Below are positions 1 through 13,420 of a DNA stretch of 64,000 bases, piece after piece. The translations under genes were made by a program, and so were the position numbers. Under the pieces are notes generated by a model. It was not told the DNA's origin, ran no database searches, and worked only from the letters and a program-made list of their open reading frames with translations. Origin of the DNA: Moniliella sp. 'wahieum' (lineage: Eukaryota); NCBI GenBank assembly GCA_003971905.1, contig RSEE01000014.1, positions 496,001 through 560,000 of the forward strand. The letters are read 5' to 3'. Position 1 is the first letter of the stretch, and the number at the start of each line of letters is the position of its first letter.

Positions 1-650
1 ACATGTGCACTGCATGTCATCCCTCTGGCCTCTCTATGTTTACAGCGCAAGACAGTCTATAGATGGGAAGACCCAATACATAGCCCTCTCTTCCTTTTCC
101 TTTTTGCGGGTGTGTGGGCCCCCAGAGGAAAAGAAAGATGTGCCCGCCGATCTTTGCGAAGAGGATGGCTGGGTAACTGTTCTAGGCATTTGCAAAACGC
201 AAGCAGGCACGTCAAGCTCGTCAAGCCAGTACCTGGGACACATTCAAGATCGTTCTTCCTCTGACTATGGCGATACTCGGGGTATCTAAACGACGCTCTA
301 TAAAATAGTTGAACACACCGGAAATACTACCTGCGGAGAGTCTCTCATTGTGGAGATGGTTCGTCGCTCATATCCGCCACGCTCTTCCGCATCGAGTCGC
401 GTTGCATTCGATGCAGAAACGAATGAAGGTAGCCTTTGCCTCCTGATTGGGTGGGCGCTAAGCTGAACTCAAACGCCCGAAGAGGGAGTTTGAGAGGCCT
501 CCCTGAGGGGCCTGATGATTCGCTTTTCGCAAGTCGGCCACAACACTTGCAATGGCAACGTAATCATTTTTGAACTGGCCCAGGGCGTCCACCGATGTCC
601 ACCTGATAGGGCGGAATGGACGGCGACCATTCCGCTGCGGGCCTTGGGGT

Positions 651-678
651 GTTCAACGTTCAACGTTTCACGTTCAAC
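651..678. repeat. (TCA-ACGT)n heptamer array upstream of PRP21
   Basis: gttcaacgttcaacgtttcacgttcaac. Confidence 0.75.
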
Positions 679-752
679 TACGAAAGTCGTCAATGCCTTT
701 CGTCGTCCATTCGGCCTTCCAGCCTGCCCATCACCATCGCAATCTCTTGTCC

Positions 753-3014
753 ATGGCGTCCACCCTGTCACTGCCACCGCCCCAACATGGTGCACCGGAT
801 GATGCGGACGGGGCGCCGCCGCTCCCTCCCCCGCATCTGCTGCGCAACGCTTTGCCGCTGGCCAGCTCATCCTCCCGCCTCCCAGCATGCGCACCCTGAT
901 CGACAAGACTGCCACTACATCGCCCGCAATGGTCCTGGCTTCGAGGAATCCCTGCGAAAATCTGATGCCGAAAAAAAGGAGAATCGCCTCCCATTTCTTC
1001 TCCCAACTGACCCATACCATGCGTATTTTTCCCACACACTTGACCGTATTCGCCGCGGCGAGCCTCTCGATCCAGTCGGCATTCCTGGCGCGCCTGAGGG
1101 GCAGGTCTTGCAAGACCCCTCCGCTCTTCAGCAACAGCAGCAGACGGAGGACGAGGATTCCGAGGTTCCTCCACCTCCTTTCCTCTTTACGTCTGACATC
1201 CCGACCACCACAGCGCTCGACTTGTTAGTATCAGCTCCCTGTCCCCCGGGTCCCCACATTCCGCGTTCTCAATTGCTGACCACTGTTTGGATTGGAAACA
1301 GAGATGTGATCAAGCTTACTGCGCTTTTTACTGCGACGCGTGGACGCGAATTTGCAACTCATCTGCTCCAAACGGAGAACCAATCATACCAGTACGAATT
1401 TCTACTCTACGCCCTCCCACTCGCTCCACCCGTTCTACAATCGCTTGGTGGAACAGTACCAGCTCGTCATCGACGCGCCTAGTGCTATCCAACAGTCTCT
1501 GCGCGATGTGCCCCCAGGTGCGCCCGAGGACACGCCTGTAGATGCCGTCAAGGACCCGGCGCTGGTGGACAGCGCTCTCTTCTGCTCGCCCAAGTCCGCG
1601 CTCGCACTGCATGGGAGCTCAAGACGAGGGAGCGAGCTCGAAAGGAACAGGATGAGGCCGCGCTGGAGCGTGAGGAGTTTGAAGTGGTGGACTGGCAAGA
1701 CTTTGTGGTTGTCCAAACTGTTCGACTTTTCAGCGGAACCGAGGATGACGAGGAACTTCCCCCTCCGTTGAGCAAGCGCGATCTGGAAAACATGACTCTG
1801 GCCAGAAGAAGTTGGCTGCCATGGTGGGCGAAGAAGCTGCGGAGGAGCCGGGCACCGCGGTCGGCCGCGAGAAAGAGGATGAGGCGATGGAGATGAGAGA
1901 GGAGGAGGAGGAGGAGGAGCCGTCGTCGAAAAGTCGCCCGGCTTCCGCACCATCTGGTCCTCCTCCCCCAGGTCCTACGGCCCCTGTCGCCGATTCTGCC
2001 AAGGGACGCACCCAGGTTGTCAAGACAGCTTTCTCAGGTCCCATCCGTGTTCGGAAAGATTACGTCCCTGGCGCCAAGCAACCCCCAAGGTGGAGCAGGA
2101 CACGATTTGTCCTGTTTGTGGGCAACGTGTTCCCCTCGACGAAATGGCGGAACACGTACGGATCGAGTTGCTTAACCCTCTCTACCGTGAGCAGCGTGCA
2201 TCGCTTGAAGCGCGCCAGGCACAGCACCAGACACTCCAGTCGGGCGCTGATCCTGTGGCTGCGCTCAAGGATTTTGCCGGGCAGCGCACCGACATCTTTG
2301 GTGAGATGCCGATCCAGAGGCTGAACTGAGGAGGCAAGAAGCGGCTGCCCAGCGTGAGCGCGAGGCGCGAGACCGGGAGGCATTGGCCTACGATGGCCAT
2401 TTGGGTAGCAAGACGGTGATTATGGAACGAGCCAAGCAAGCGGCGAAAGTGGAGGAGTCCCGCCGGACTGCGGCTGTGCCTTCGGCACCAGCTGAGATTG
2501 GTCCTCGGATTGGTCTGCCTGCCCGCCCGCAATGGGGTTGCCCCCGAGACCTGCCGACCTGCCTCCCAAGCCTCTCGACCTTCCACTTCCAGGAGCCAGT
2601 CTGCCTCCGGCGCCTGTGCTCGGCAAGCACCTGCCGACGGCCCAGCTCTGAATGAGCCCCCGGCCCAACGCCCTGTGCCTGCTGCCCCCAACCTGCCCCT
2701 GGTACGTTGCTTGCAGAGGACATGTGGATTCAGATGCATCCAGAAGCAGTGACAATTACCGTTCGGATGCCTGTTGCCCGGCCGAACATGAAGGGGTGCC
2801 GGCTTGCGACGGGCGCACGATTGCATTGGACCCTCTGCCGCCCCAGGCGACCATGTCGCAGGTCCGGCAAGTGCTGTACAGTCTGTCCTGCATGAGGCGA
2901 TTGGTATTGCCCGCATCCGCCTGTTTGTCCGTGGAAAGCCCACTACGCTCAAACAGACCTTGGCCCATTGGAACTTGACGGATGCGACGAGTGGCGGTTG
3001 TGATCAAATGGTGA
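753..3014 (+). CDS. PRP21: Splicing factor 3A subunit 1 (SURP/SWAP domains, PRP21-like region, C-terminal ubiquitin-like domain)
   Basis: Motifs joined across frames: MRTLIDKTA/YIARNGPGFEE..DPYHAYF (SURP1), DVIKLTALFTA..SHSLHPFYNRLVEQY (SURP2), VDWQDFVVVQTV, CPVCGQRVPLDEMAEHVRIELLNP, and the UBL-like TLKQTLAHWNL. Intron 1224-1301 (GTTAGT..CTGAC..CAG). Several frameshifts. Confidence 0.9.
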
Positions 3015-5111
3015 GATGGGGCGCAAGTCCTTATATTCAGGACCGGTTTACCGGGCACCCTCCTGCCCTCGAGACCCCCTTCGTGGTCTCAGCATGCCAG
3101 CGAGGCTTGATGTTACTCACACGCATGTACGGATCGGTCTTCCCGATGAGGCCTCCAAATACGTTGAGAATACACATGCTTCGATCTAGTCCCCAAACAT
3201 CGTCATCCGACATTCACTCGCTAACTAGTCCGAACAGCCAGCAGAGCGTCTCCAGTCCCTGCTACGTGTCACGTAATTATCCTTCCCTCCAAGCAGCCCA
3301 AAACCCAAGGACTTGAAAGTGGCATACGATAGGCAGATGCTATGGAAGCGGAAGCTGCAGGGACACATGGACTGGTTTAGGGAATTGGCCTACATGAAGC
3401 GAGTGTTAGTATTGGAGCGGCGCCCGTACTACTACTTTTGGCGTTTGCTCAGTGCGAGTGCCTCGTCATGTATGTGTGGCTGTCCCAGTGTATTCAACAG
3501 CGCTCCGCTCCCTGCGGGGAACTAACCCCAGTGGTGTGGATACCAACTAAAGTGGCAGCTTCGGCCCATCAAAACCAAGATCGGTATCTCATGCTGGACA
3601 ATGAAGAGCACATTGCGGCTTATCGTAGGAGTCGCATGCCTCTCCGTGTCGCAAGCTGCAGTACCGAACCGCACCCGGTTGGGACTGGGCTGTGACGCGT
3701 TGACGCCTAGAAGGGGAGATATTTCCTCACACGCTGTCCTAATGGCATCCTTGCAGAGGACTGTAGTTTTGCAGGCTACAAAAAAACCTACGCGCTATAG
3801 GACTACTATATTAGTCAACCCCCACAGTTCGACGGGGGGGGAGGTTAATTGTGAGCTTGCGCGCATTTCTGGCCGCTCCTGTGCGTTCTGGAGTGGCGTG
3901 GAGGAAAAGGAGATGATCGATGATCATGATTGCACCCTAGGGGTGATCGCCTGGGGTACACCCAACACACAGGAGCAGAGTGGGGGAAACCTTGGCACAA
4001 GTGATCGGGTGTTTCTTAGGGGGCCTCTTGCCGACAGGCACAAGAATAGCATGCAAGAAAGGGTGCGGTGACGAGGAGCTTGGCCAGCTATCGGCTATCC
4101 GAGACAATGCATCCTGTCTTAGCACATGCATCACCGAACAGTGTCGCGTAGCCATAATGCATGCCTCCCAACGCAGCCAGCCCCCGTTCGATGCGCCATG
4201 CATTGTGGGTGGAAGGCGTTGGAGGGATTTTGTTTCGGACGAGGGCCTGCGTTACATTGGTCGCGGGACCAGGCTATACTCGTGGCCGCATGAGTTTCTT
4301 CCAGCAGCAGTCGAGGCGGGGGCAGAGGTGTGGCGGCGGAGGGGCAGGGGAGGAGGAGGCCAGCAAGCAAACCGTGACCCGGGGACGAGCACAGAGCCCA
4401 TGCGGACGAGACCCAACACGGGCGGGTCCGGAGAGGAGCGGAGGGCGGCGGCTGGGTAAAGCGCTCAGCGGCTCAAACTTTGGGGTGGGCGGAAGGGTGC
4501 GCAGCAGCACACGCACAGCCGGGCGGAATGGCGCGGCGGAAGCGGAAGGCGGGCGGGCGGCGGCCGTGGCTGGGACGCAGGCGAGCAGGCACACAACTAA
4601 AGGATGCCGCTGGGACGTAACCCTCCGGAGGCCCAAGCCCAGCCTGAGTTTTCGGTTGGGCTCCGCCGTTCGCGGCAGCAGCTGCGACATGCAACTTTCA
4701 AACGCGGCGCTGTTGGGAGTGCTGCACGGGGCATCGGGGCGCAGCGCGTGGCCCGCCGACACGGGCAGTGTGTGGCGCGCCGCCCGACGCATTGGGGCCG
4801 TGGGTGTATGCGTTTGGTTTGTATTGGGGCCAGCACGCTGGGGCCAGCCCCCCCTCCGTCGCTTGGCCCGCCCTCGCCACGCCGGGCTCCCAACCTCGGC
4901 TGCTCGTCGCTGGCCCATCCACGCTGTATAACCCCCACTCGGCCTGCGATGCGCTGCTCCTGCTCCTGCCACCACCACCACCGCCCCTCCTCCCCCCCCT
5001 CTCGCCCATCCACTCCCCATGGCCCACATCCCGGTCTGACGGCAGCTACGTCCACCTCGATCACCTCTACGACTTCGACCTGCCCACCACGTCCTCCCCC
5101 GTCCCCGCCTC

Positions 5112-8100
5112 ATGACAGCCGCCACCCGTCCCCTGGTCCTCCATGCCGCGGCGGCCACCGCCGCTGCCGAGCCAAGCGCCACGGTTGCCATTCCCGTGCC
5201 TGTCGCCCCCTACGAGATTTGGATGGTGGCCCAGGCCCTCAACGAGCAGTTTGCCCGTCTGCCCCCGTCCATCGTCTGCCCGAGGGCACCGACGCCCACG
5301 ATGCTCAGGTCGTGCTCTGCGCCAACTTCCTCCGCTTCCTCGCCGACACACCATCCCACGCCCAGCGCGGCGCCCAAGCCGCTGATGTGCCTTCCGAGGT
5401 CAAGGTCCTGCAGCATGCTTGGTTTGCCTTCAACACTACCTTCCTGCACCTCGCCCCCACGGGCCAACCGGGAATGCAATCGGTCGACGTGCACCACCTC
5501 ACCGCTTCCCTCGACGTCGATGCCCGGACTGCCGTACTGCGCGCCTACCTCGACGCCTATGTCCTCCTCGACGCATTCAAGAACAAGGACCCGGCTCTGC
5601 GCGACATGCAGCTCCCGACACCGCTTCTCTTGCGCCTGGCTCAGCAGGACAAGGCCAAGGTTTTGGCGTCTTTGGTGGCCAAGGCACCAACGAGGTACGT
5701 CGGCTTTAAATAACTGCCCTGCCTCTCTTACTAACGTTATACCCTCCCCCTTTTCCAGATCTACTTTGCCGAGCTTCAAGCCCTCTTTAACACGTACCGG
5801 CCACTCGTCGAGCCCGTGGTGCGCGATGCATCTGCCCTGCTTGAGACACTCGTGGATGAGGCGCGTCAACAAGGCTTTGCGAACTTTTACTCCCAAGGCC
5901 TCGATGTTGCTGGGTGGTTGATGGGCACCACGCCCCAACCCGACAATGCCTACTTTGTCCCTGCACCCGTGTCGTTGCCGTTGATTGGTATGACGCAGCT
6001 GCTCCAGTATCTCGTTGTGTGCCGTTGCTCGGGATTGAGCCCGGATGAGTTCCGTCGGACTTTCGTGGACACTACCGGCCACTCGCAAGGTATCATCTCG
6101 GCCGTGGTTCTGTCTTCGTCCGATACGCCTGCTGCGCTTCACTCCAACATTGTGGCCGCCATCCGCTTGTTGTTCCACATTGGAAAGCGGGCCAAGCGGC
6201 CTTCCCCTCGACCACGCTGGAGCCCAAGTTGGCCGACGACTCGGTTGCTGGCGGTGAGGGTGAGCCCACACCCATGTTGTCAGTATCCGGCCTGGGGCGT
6301 GAGCAACTGGAAAAGCACATTGAAATCACAAACTCGTTTTTGGAGGCCGACCGTCACGTGGCCATCTCTCTTTACAATGGCAAGCGCAACTTCACGGTCA
6401 CGGGTTTCCCGCGCTCGCTCTTTGGTCTTGTTTCGTCTCTTCGCGAGATTCGTGCCCCAGAGGGTGCTGACCAGACGAAGGTGCCATTCAGCCAGCGCAA
6501 GCCTGTCTTTAATGTTCGCTTCTTGCCCATCTCGGTCCCCTACCACTCGGGTTACCTTACTGGTGTGACGGACACATTGATCGGCGTTGATTACGCCCCC
6601 AATGAAGCTCCGTTTGAGCCTTCCAAGCTGGCGGTACGTGTAAGCAACACAGACGACGTTCGGATCTCCGTTCGCTCAAGGATGGGAGAGCCTTGCTTCG
6701 CTCCCTCTGCGATCAGATCTTCACCCAGCCCATCCACTGGGAGACGATTGTGCCCCCCGCCCCTGCCGTGACGCACCTGATCGACTTCGGCACGGGCGGC
6801 ATGTCGGGCATTGGCGTGCTTACAAGTCGCAACCTGGAGGGCAAGGGCGTCTATTCGCTCTTCCCCTCGGGACGTCATGCCAAAGCGAGTGAACTGTACA
6901 ATTTGACTCGGGTGGGGCGGGAGGTTCGGTGGGCCCAGGCGTTTGCGCCTCGGTTGGTCCGTACGCGTGAAGGCAAGTTGTTGTTGGACACGCCGATGTC
7001 TCGCGTGCTGGGCAAGCCGCCACTGATGGTGCCGGGCATGACGCCCACCACGGTTCAAGCTGGTTTCAACATTGCGACCATGAACGCTGGTTACCACATT
7101 GAGCTCGCTGGTGGTGGACACTTTACTCCGCAGATGCTCCGTGAGAAAGTGGAGGCCATCTCTTCGGCCACCCGTGCTGGCGAAGGGCTGACGCTCAACT
7201 GTCTGTACATTAACCAGCGTCTGTGGAACGTCCAGTTCCCTCTCTGGCAAGAGATGCGTCGTGAGGGCCTGCCTCTCCAAGGCTTCTGTGTCGCTGCCGG
7301 TATTCCCAGCCCCGAGAAGGCCAAAGAGATCATCGACTCGCTCGCGCGAGTGGGATTGAGCATATCAGCTTCAAGCCTGGCTCGGTCGATGGCATCAAGC
7401 AAGTGTGCACTATTGCGGCAAAGAACCCGGACTTCTCGATTCTGCTCCAGTGGACTGGTGGCCGTGCTGGTGGTCACCACAGCTGTGAAGACTTCCACCA
7501 ACCCATCTTGGCAACCTACGGCCGCATTCGTCAACACCCCAACCTTGTTTTGGTCGCCGGCTCTGGCTTTGGTTCTGCCGACGATTTCTGGCCCTACCTC
7601 ACAGGCGACTGGTCGCGCGATCAGTTTGATGCCGAGCCCATGCCGTTCGATGGTGTCCTCTTTGGCTCCTGGGTCATGACCGCAAAGGAAGGCCACGCCA
7701 ACGACGAGATCAAGCAGCTCATGGTTGAGGCCAAGGGTGTCGAGGACAAGGAGTGGGAGGGCACCTTTACGCACCCCACTGGTGGAATTGTGACTGTCAC
7801 TTCGGAGCTGGGTGAGCCCATCCACAAGATTGCGACGCGTGGCATGAAGCTCTGGGCTGAGTTGGACAAGAAGTGCTTCACCCTGCCCAAGGAAAAGCGT
7901 CTGGCCTGGCTTGCCAAGAACAAGAACTGGGTTATTGAGCACCTTAATGCTGATTTCCAGAAGCCCTGGTTCCCTGCTTATCTTGATGGGGAGCCAGCCC
8001 AAGGGGTGGAGGACATGACCTACGAGGAGACGATCCGTCGCGCTCTTCGCCTTCTCTACATTCAGGCCAAGCAGCGCTGGGTGGATGTGTCCTTGCGCAA

Positions 8101-11100
8101 TTTCTTTGGCGATTGGCTGCGGCGAGTGGAGGAGCGTTTTGCACCACACACGGGCCAGCAAGCCTCTCTCCTGCAGTCCTACAGCCAATTGGACAAGGAC
8201 CCAGCTGCGTTTGTCGACAAGTTTATCAGTGTCTTCCCTGAGACGACCGACATGCTCCTTTCGGCTGAGGATGTTGCGTACTTCATTGTGCTGTGCAATC
8301 GCCCGACGCAGAAGCCCGTGCCCTTCATCCCCCTGTTGGATGCCAACTTTGCAGTGTACTTCAAGAAGGACTCGCTTTCGTACTCGGAGGACCTTGACTC
8401 GGTCTTTGACCGTGACCCTCAGCGGGTTGCCATTTTGCACGGCCCTGTCGCTGCTCGTCAAACACTCGTGCCAACGTCCCTATCAAGGAGATGCTTGGTG
8501 GTGTAGAGGACAAGCTTGTGGAGCTCATGCTTCAGCGCTTCTACGGCAACGACAAGAACAGTGTTCCCCAGGTGGATTATCTGGGCAAAGCACCCCTGGG
8601 TATTGATCTGGCCGAGCTTGCGGCGGCCCACAATGTGCGCGTTGACCAGGCGGAGAACAAGGTGGAACTTGCGTTGCCGTCCGATGCCAAGCAACTGCCT
8701 GAGCCGTCGCAGTGGTTGGATGCGTTGGCCGGGCAAGAGGCTTCTTGGCTGCGTGCTCTGCTCACCTCGGTCAGCTTGGTCCGTGGGCGGGGGTACATTG
8801 ACAACCCGCTCAAACGCCTGCTCGCTCCCCGGGCCAACCAGGTGGTGCAGCTTGCCCACGGTGCTGATGGCCCTGAACGCCTGACTCTCTTGGGTGCCTA
8901 CCGTTCCTACGGTCCGTCAGACAAGCACACCCCCATTGTCGACATCACCTTTGCGCCGGCCACCAAGGCCATCACTGTCGTTATCAACGAGCTTCGTCGC
9001 GGCGAGCTTGTGCCGCTCACGATGGAGTTTGTCTACCACCCGGAGCAACCGGGTGCTTTGATCCACGAGCGCCTCGAGGGGCGTGAGCGTCGTATCAAAG
9101 AGTTCTACTGGAAGTACGTATACATTCATTCCGAAGCTACTCTTATCTTGATCATCTGCTGACTTACCATTTCTCAAGGCTCTGGTTCAACGAAGACATG
9201 CCCTCCTCGTCGGCTCTCGCTAGCAAGGAGGTGTTCTCCAATGAGCCCAAGACGCTCAATGGCGAGTCCATCCAAAAGTTCTGCCAGGTCGTGGGCAACA
9301 ACAATGTTGTCTACCAGGTGGGTGGGCAAGCGCCCATGGACTTTGCCATTGTGGCTGGCTGGGAGGCCATCATGCAAGCTTTGACGGCGAAGATCGACGG
9401 TGACTTGCTTAACCTCGTACATCTTAGCAACAGCTTCGAGATGGTTCCTGGCGCCTCTGGCCTCCGGGTGGGAGACAAGTGCAAGGCTGAGGCTCGGGTG
9501 CTGAGTGTCAAGATCTCCGCCACCGGCAAGTCGGTTTCAATTCAAGGCAAGGTCCTGCGACAGGAGGGTGAGGAGTGGAAGCCCGTTATTACGGTCGTCT
9601 CCTTCTTCTACCGTGGCAAGTTCAGCGACTATGGCTCCTGCTTCGAACATCAGCGTGACCGCTATTCGTTTGAGATCAAGTCCAAGGCTGAGGCTGCTGT
9701 TCTGATGGCCAAAGATGGTTCTCCTGGACCGCCCCCTCACCCCTCGAGTCGGGCACGGTGCTGTATTTCGATGTGGACAACACTATGCGCTACAAAACGC
9801 TACGACCTTCGCTGATGTGCAGGCTCACGGTGGGTTTATATCAAGGACTACAAGGACGACCTTATCCAGGTGGGTGTGGTGGAATACGAGGCCGACTCGA
9901 TCAGCTACGGCAACCCCGTTTCTGAGTACATCAAGCGCGTCGGTGGCAGCTCTCAGATGCCGCTGCGCCTCGACCATGGCTACACCCTTGAGGCAAACGG
10001 CCCTGCGAGCAAGTTTACTGCTCCGGCGACCAACGAGCCCTATTCCCTGGCGTCGGGTGACTTCAACCCCATTCACATCAACCCCTACTTTGCCGACCTG
10101 GCTTCGCTCCCTGGTACCATTACCCATGGCCTCTTTTCGTCGGCGGCCACGCGCCGATTTGTGGAGGATATGGCGGGCGAGGGCCATCCCGATCGTGTCC
10201 TCTCTTTCAAGGCCCAGTTTGTCGGCATGGTCCTCCCCGGCGACGAGTTGACGGTTACTTTGCGTCACATCGCTATGCACGGCGGCAATAAGGTCATTTC
10301 TGTCCAGACCGTCAACCAAGCGGGAGAAGGTGCTCGAGGGTGAGGCTGAGGTGGCCCAACCTCCTACGGCCTACGCATTTACTGGGCAAGGCTCGCAGGA
10401 ACAGGGGATGGGGATGGACTTGTACTCATCTTCGGACACGGCCAAGGCGCTCTGGGATGAAGCCGATCAGCACCTGAAGGCCACCATGGGCTTTAGCATC
10501 CTCGAGATTGTGAAGGACAACCCCATGAGCAAGACGGTGCACTTTGGCGGTGTGCGCGGGCATGCGATTCGCGACCGGTACCGCAGCATGATGTACGAGT
10601 CGACGGATGCTGAAGGCAAACCGGTCACCCTCCCGCTTTCCCTGAGATTACGCTGCGCTCGCAGAGCTACACCTTCCAGTCGCCCAAGGGGCTTCTCTAC
10701 GCTACTCAATTTGCGCAGATTGCGTTGGTGCTCGTGGAGCTGTCTGCCTACCGCGATATGAAGGACCGTGGCCTGATCCGTCCCGACTCGGCATTTGCCG
10801 GTCACTCGCTGGGCGAGTACGCTTCCCTGGCCGCTGTGGCCTCGGTGCTGCAAGTTAAGGACTTGGTCGATGTGGTCTTCTACCGTGGCCTGACCATGCA
10901 GCGTGCCGTCAAGCGTGACGCCGAGGGTCGCAGCTCGTATGGTATGATGGCCTGCAACCCGACTCGTGTTGGCCCCTCCTTCTCGGACGCGGCCTTTGCC
11001 GAGGTGGTGGACTCGATCGGGCGCGTGTCGGGCAAGTTGATCCAAACTGTCAACTACAACGTCTCGAGCCAGCAGCTGGTCGTTGCTGGTGAGCTGGTTG

Positions 11101-12830
11101 CACTTCTGACGATGACCAACGTGCTCAACTACATCAAGCTGCAGAAGATTGATCTCAACCGCTTGCTGGAGACGATGAGCCCCGAAGAGGTGCGAGAGAA
11201 GCTGGAGGAGATTGTCTCGATGGTGTTTGCTGAAGCGGAAAAGGAAGCTGCTCAAGGCCCTCTCCAACTTCAACGCGGGTTCGCCACCATCCCTCTGCCC
11301 GGTATTGATGTGCCCTTCCACTCGCGCTACCTTATGCCGGGTGTGGCCCCCTTCCGTGCCTACCTCTCCAAGCGGATCAACGTGGATGCCATTCGCCCTA
11401 ACCTGCTGGTGGGCAAGTACATTCCCAACTTGATTGCCCAGCCGTTTGAGCTTTCCAAGGCGTATGCGGAGACGATTGTCAACCAGACGGGCTCGGGTCG
11501 CTTGGCCAAGGTGGTCAAGGAGTGGGAGAAGGAGGGCTGGGCATCGCCGGAGAAGCAGCAGCGGCTGACGACGTTGTGGTTGTGGAGCTCTTGGCTTACC
11601 AGTTTGCTTCGCCGGTGCAGTGGATCAAAACGCAGGAGCTGCTGTTTGGCAAGCCCTTCCAGATGGAGCGCTTTATCGAGTTTGGCCCCAGCCCCACCCT
11701 GGTAGGCATGGCGGTGCGAACCCACAAGGCATTCTACAAGGCGTCGGACGAGGCCCGTGGACTGCGCCGCGAGCTGCTTTGCTCTTCTAAGGACAAGGAA
11801 GCGCTCTACTATGCCTTTACCGACCCCGAGGCGGACGAGGCGCCGGCTGCAACAGAGGAGGCGGCCCCTGCGCCCGTGGCTGCTGCACCTGTGGCTGTGG
11901 CCGCTCCCGTCGCCGCCGCCCTGCTGGTCCTACGCAGGAGGTGCCTGACGAGCCGGTCAAGGCAATCGAGACGCTCATGTCCATCCTGGCTCAGAAACTG
12001 AAGAAGCCGCTCGACTCGATTCCCAAGGACAAGGCCATCAAGGAAATGGTCGGAGGCAAGTCGACGATGCAAAACGAGATTGTATCGAGCCTGATCGAAG
12101 AGTTTGGCGTGGTCCCCGACCGTGGAGAAGAACTGCCTGGGAAGAGCTGGGCGCCGCGCTTCAGATTGGGTACAAGGGGACTCTGGGCAAGTACACCTCG
12201 GGCCTCGTGTCGCGGTTTGTGGCGTCCAAGATGCCTGGTGGCTTCAACCTGTCGGCCGTCAAAGCGCACCTGTCCAAGTCGTGGGGGTTGGGTGCCGGAC
12301 GGAGCGAGTCGGTGCTGCTGGCGGCTGTGGCTGACGAGCCGGCTAAGCGGTTGGGGTCTGAGGGCGAGGCGAAGGCCTGGCTCGACTCGGTTGTCCAGGG
12401 CTACGGAAGGCGGTCGGGTGTCTCCTTGAGCCAGGGCGGCGGTGCGGCGGGTGGTGGTGCTGCGACGGGCGGGGCGGCAATCTCGTCGGAGGAGCTGGAC
12501 AAGCTGCGCGATGCAGAGCACCAACATGCTCGGCGGCAGATTCAGCTGCTGCAGCGCTACCTGGGTGTGGACGCGCGGGCCGAGGGTCGCGCTACGGATG
12601 CGGTTCGCTCGGAACTGGCGCAGGCCCAGGCTGAGCTGGATGCGATTGCGGCCGAGCATGGCGAGCTGTACACGAACGGCATCCGTCCCAAGTTTGATGC
12701 GCGCAAGGTGCGCACCTACTCTTCTTCGTGGAACTGGAGCCGGCAGCAGGCGCTCCTGCTTTACTATGACATTCTCAAGGGCCGTCTGGGGCTGGAGAAT
12801 GGGCGGCTGACGTCGCTGGAGCACGAGTAA
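5112..12830 (+). CDS. FAS1: Fungal type I fatty acid synthase, AT-ER-DH-MPT-ACP chain
   Basis: FGGQGTNE and GHSQG (AT); GMTPTTV and GGRAGGHHS (ER); SGDFNPIH..GTITHG (DH); FTGQGSQ and GHSLGEY (MPT); an intact ELLAYQFASPVQWI at the MPT end; MVGGKSTMQNEI (ACP serine). Introns 5695-5758 and 9114-9178. Many frameshifts. An alternative start exists at 5019. Confidence 0.95.
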
Positions 12831-13420
12831 GGCGGCTGCCCCTTGTGGCAGCGATGATGGGTTTCGACGTGTGGTTAGGAATATCATGGCATGTGGTTCG
12901 GACTGCTGGAGATGTTGGATAGAGGTGGGATCTCAGGTAGGATGTGGCTTCGAGCCAAGGGAAGGCAAAGGGAACAGGAAGGCAAGTGAGCGAATGGGAC
13001 CAGCTTCCAGCTAGTCAAACTGAATAACCCAAGTGGGAGGTGTAGTGTAGTGGGAGATGTGGAGAGGACATATGAGGCTATGGCGTGGGGGCCCCATGGC
13101 CTCACGCGGTGAATCGGGTACCCCGCCCTGCGCAAGCCGGCACGCACGGTGGGTGAAACGTTGAAAACAAAGCCAGTGCAGAAGGATTAGAAATGGCACA
13201 CTGCCCCCCCGGCAGCCGCCCGTGCAGACGCACCCCCTCGCTGCAGAGGGGCACAGCGCCTGTGTGGCCTGCTGCGTTCCCAGCACCGGCTGGGGAGCAG
13301 TGTGCCAGCCCAGCGGCCGAGCCGGGTGGGGCCGGGCCAGGCGGCCGGACGGATAGCCGCTGCTTGGGCTTCTGCGTCGCGCTCCACCACCCCCTCCCCA
13401 CCCTTCTTGCCCCCTCCAGC

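Noticed and set aside
3980..5191. Long overlapping ORFs upstream of FAS (also 15532-16200 and 32104-33557)
   Set aside because: GC-rich, stop-poor promoter/UTR sequence giving Arg/Pro/Gly-rich translations in all frames with no motifs.
7091..8461. 456-aa antisense ORF inside FAS
   Set aside because: Shadow ORF caused by strong codon bias on the coding strand.
5112..12830. Programmed frameshifting or pseudogenisation of FAS
   Set aside because: The same defects occur in nearly all long genes, show no common slippery motif, and catalytic residues are intact. Assembly error is the simpler explanation.
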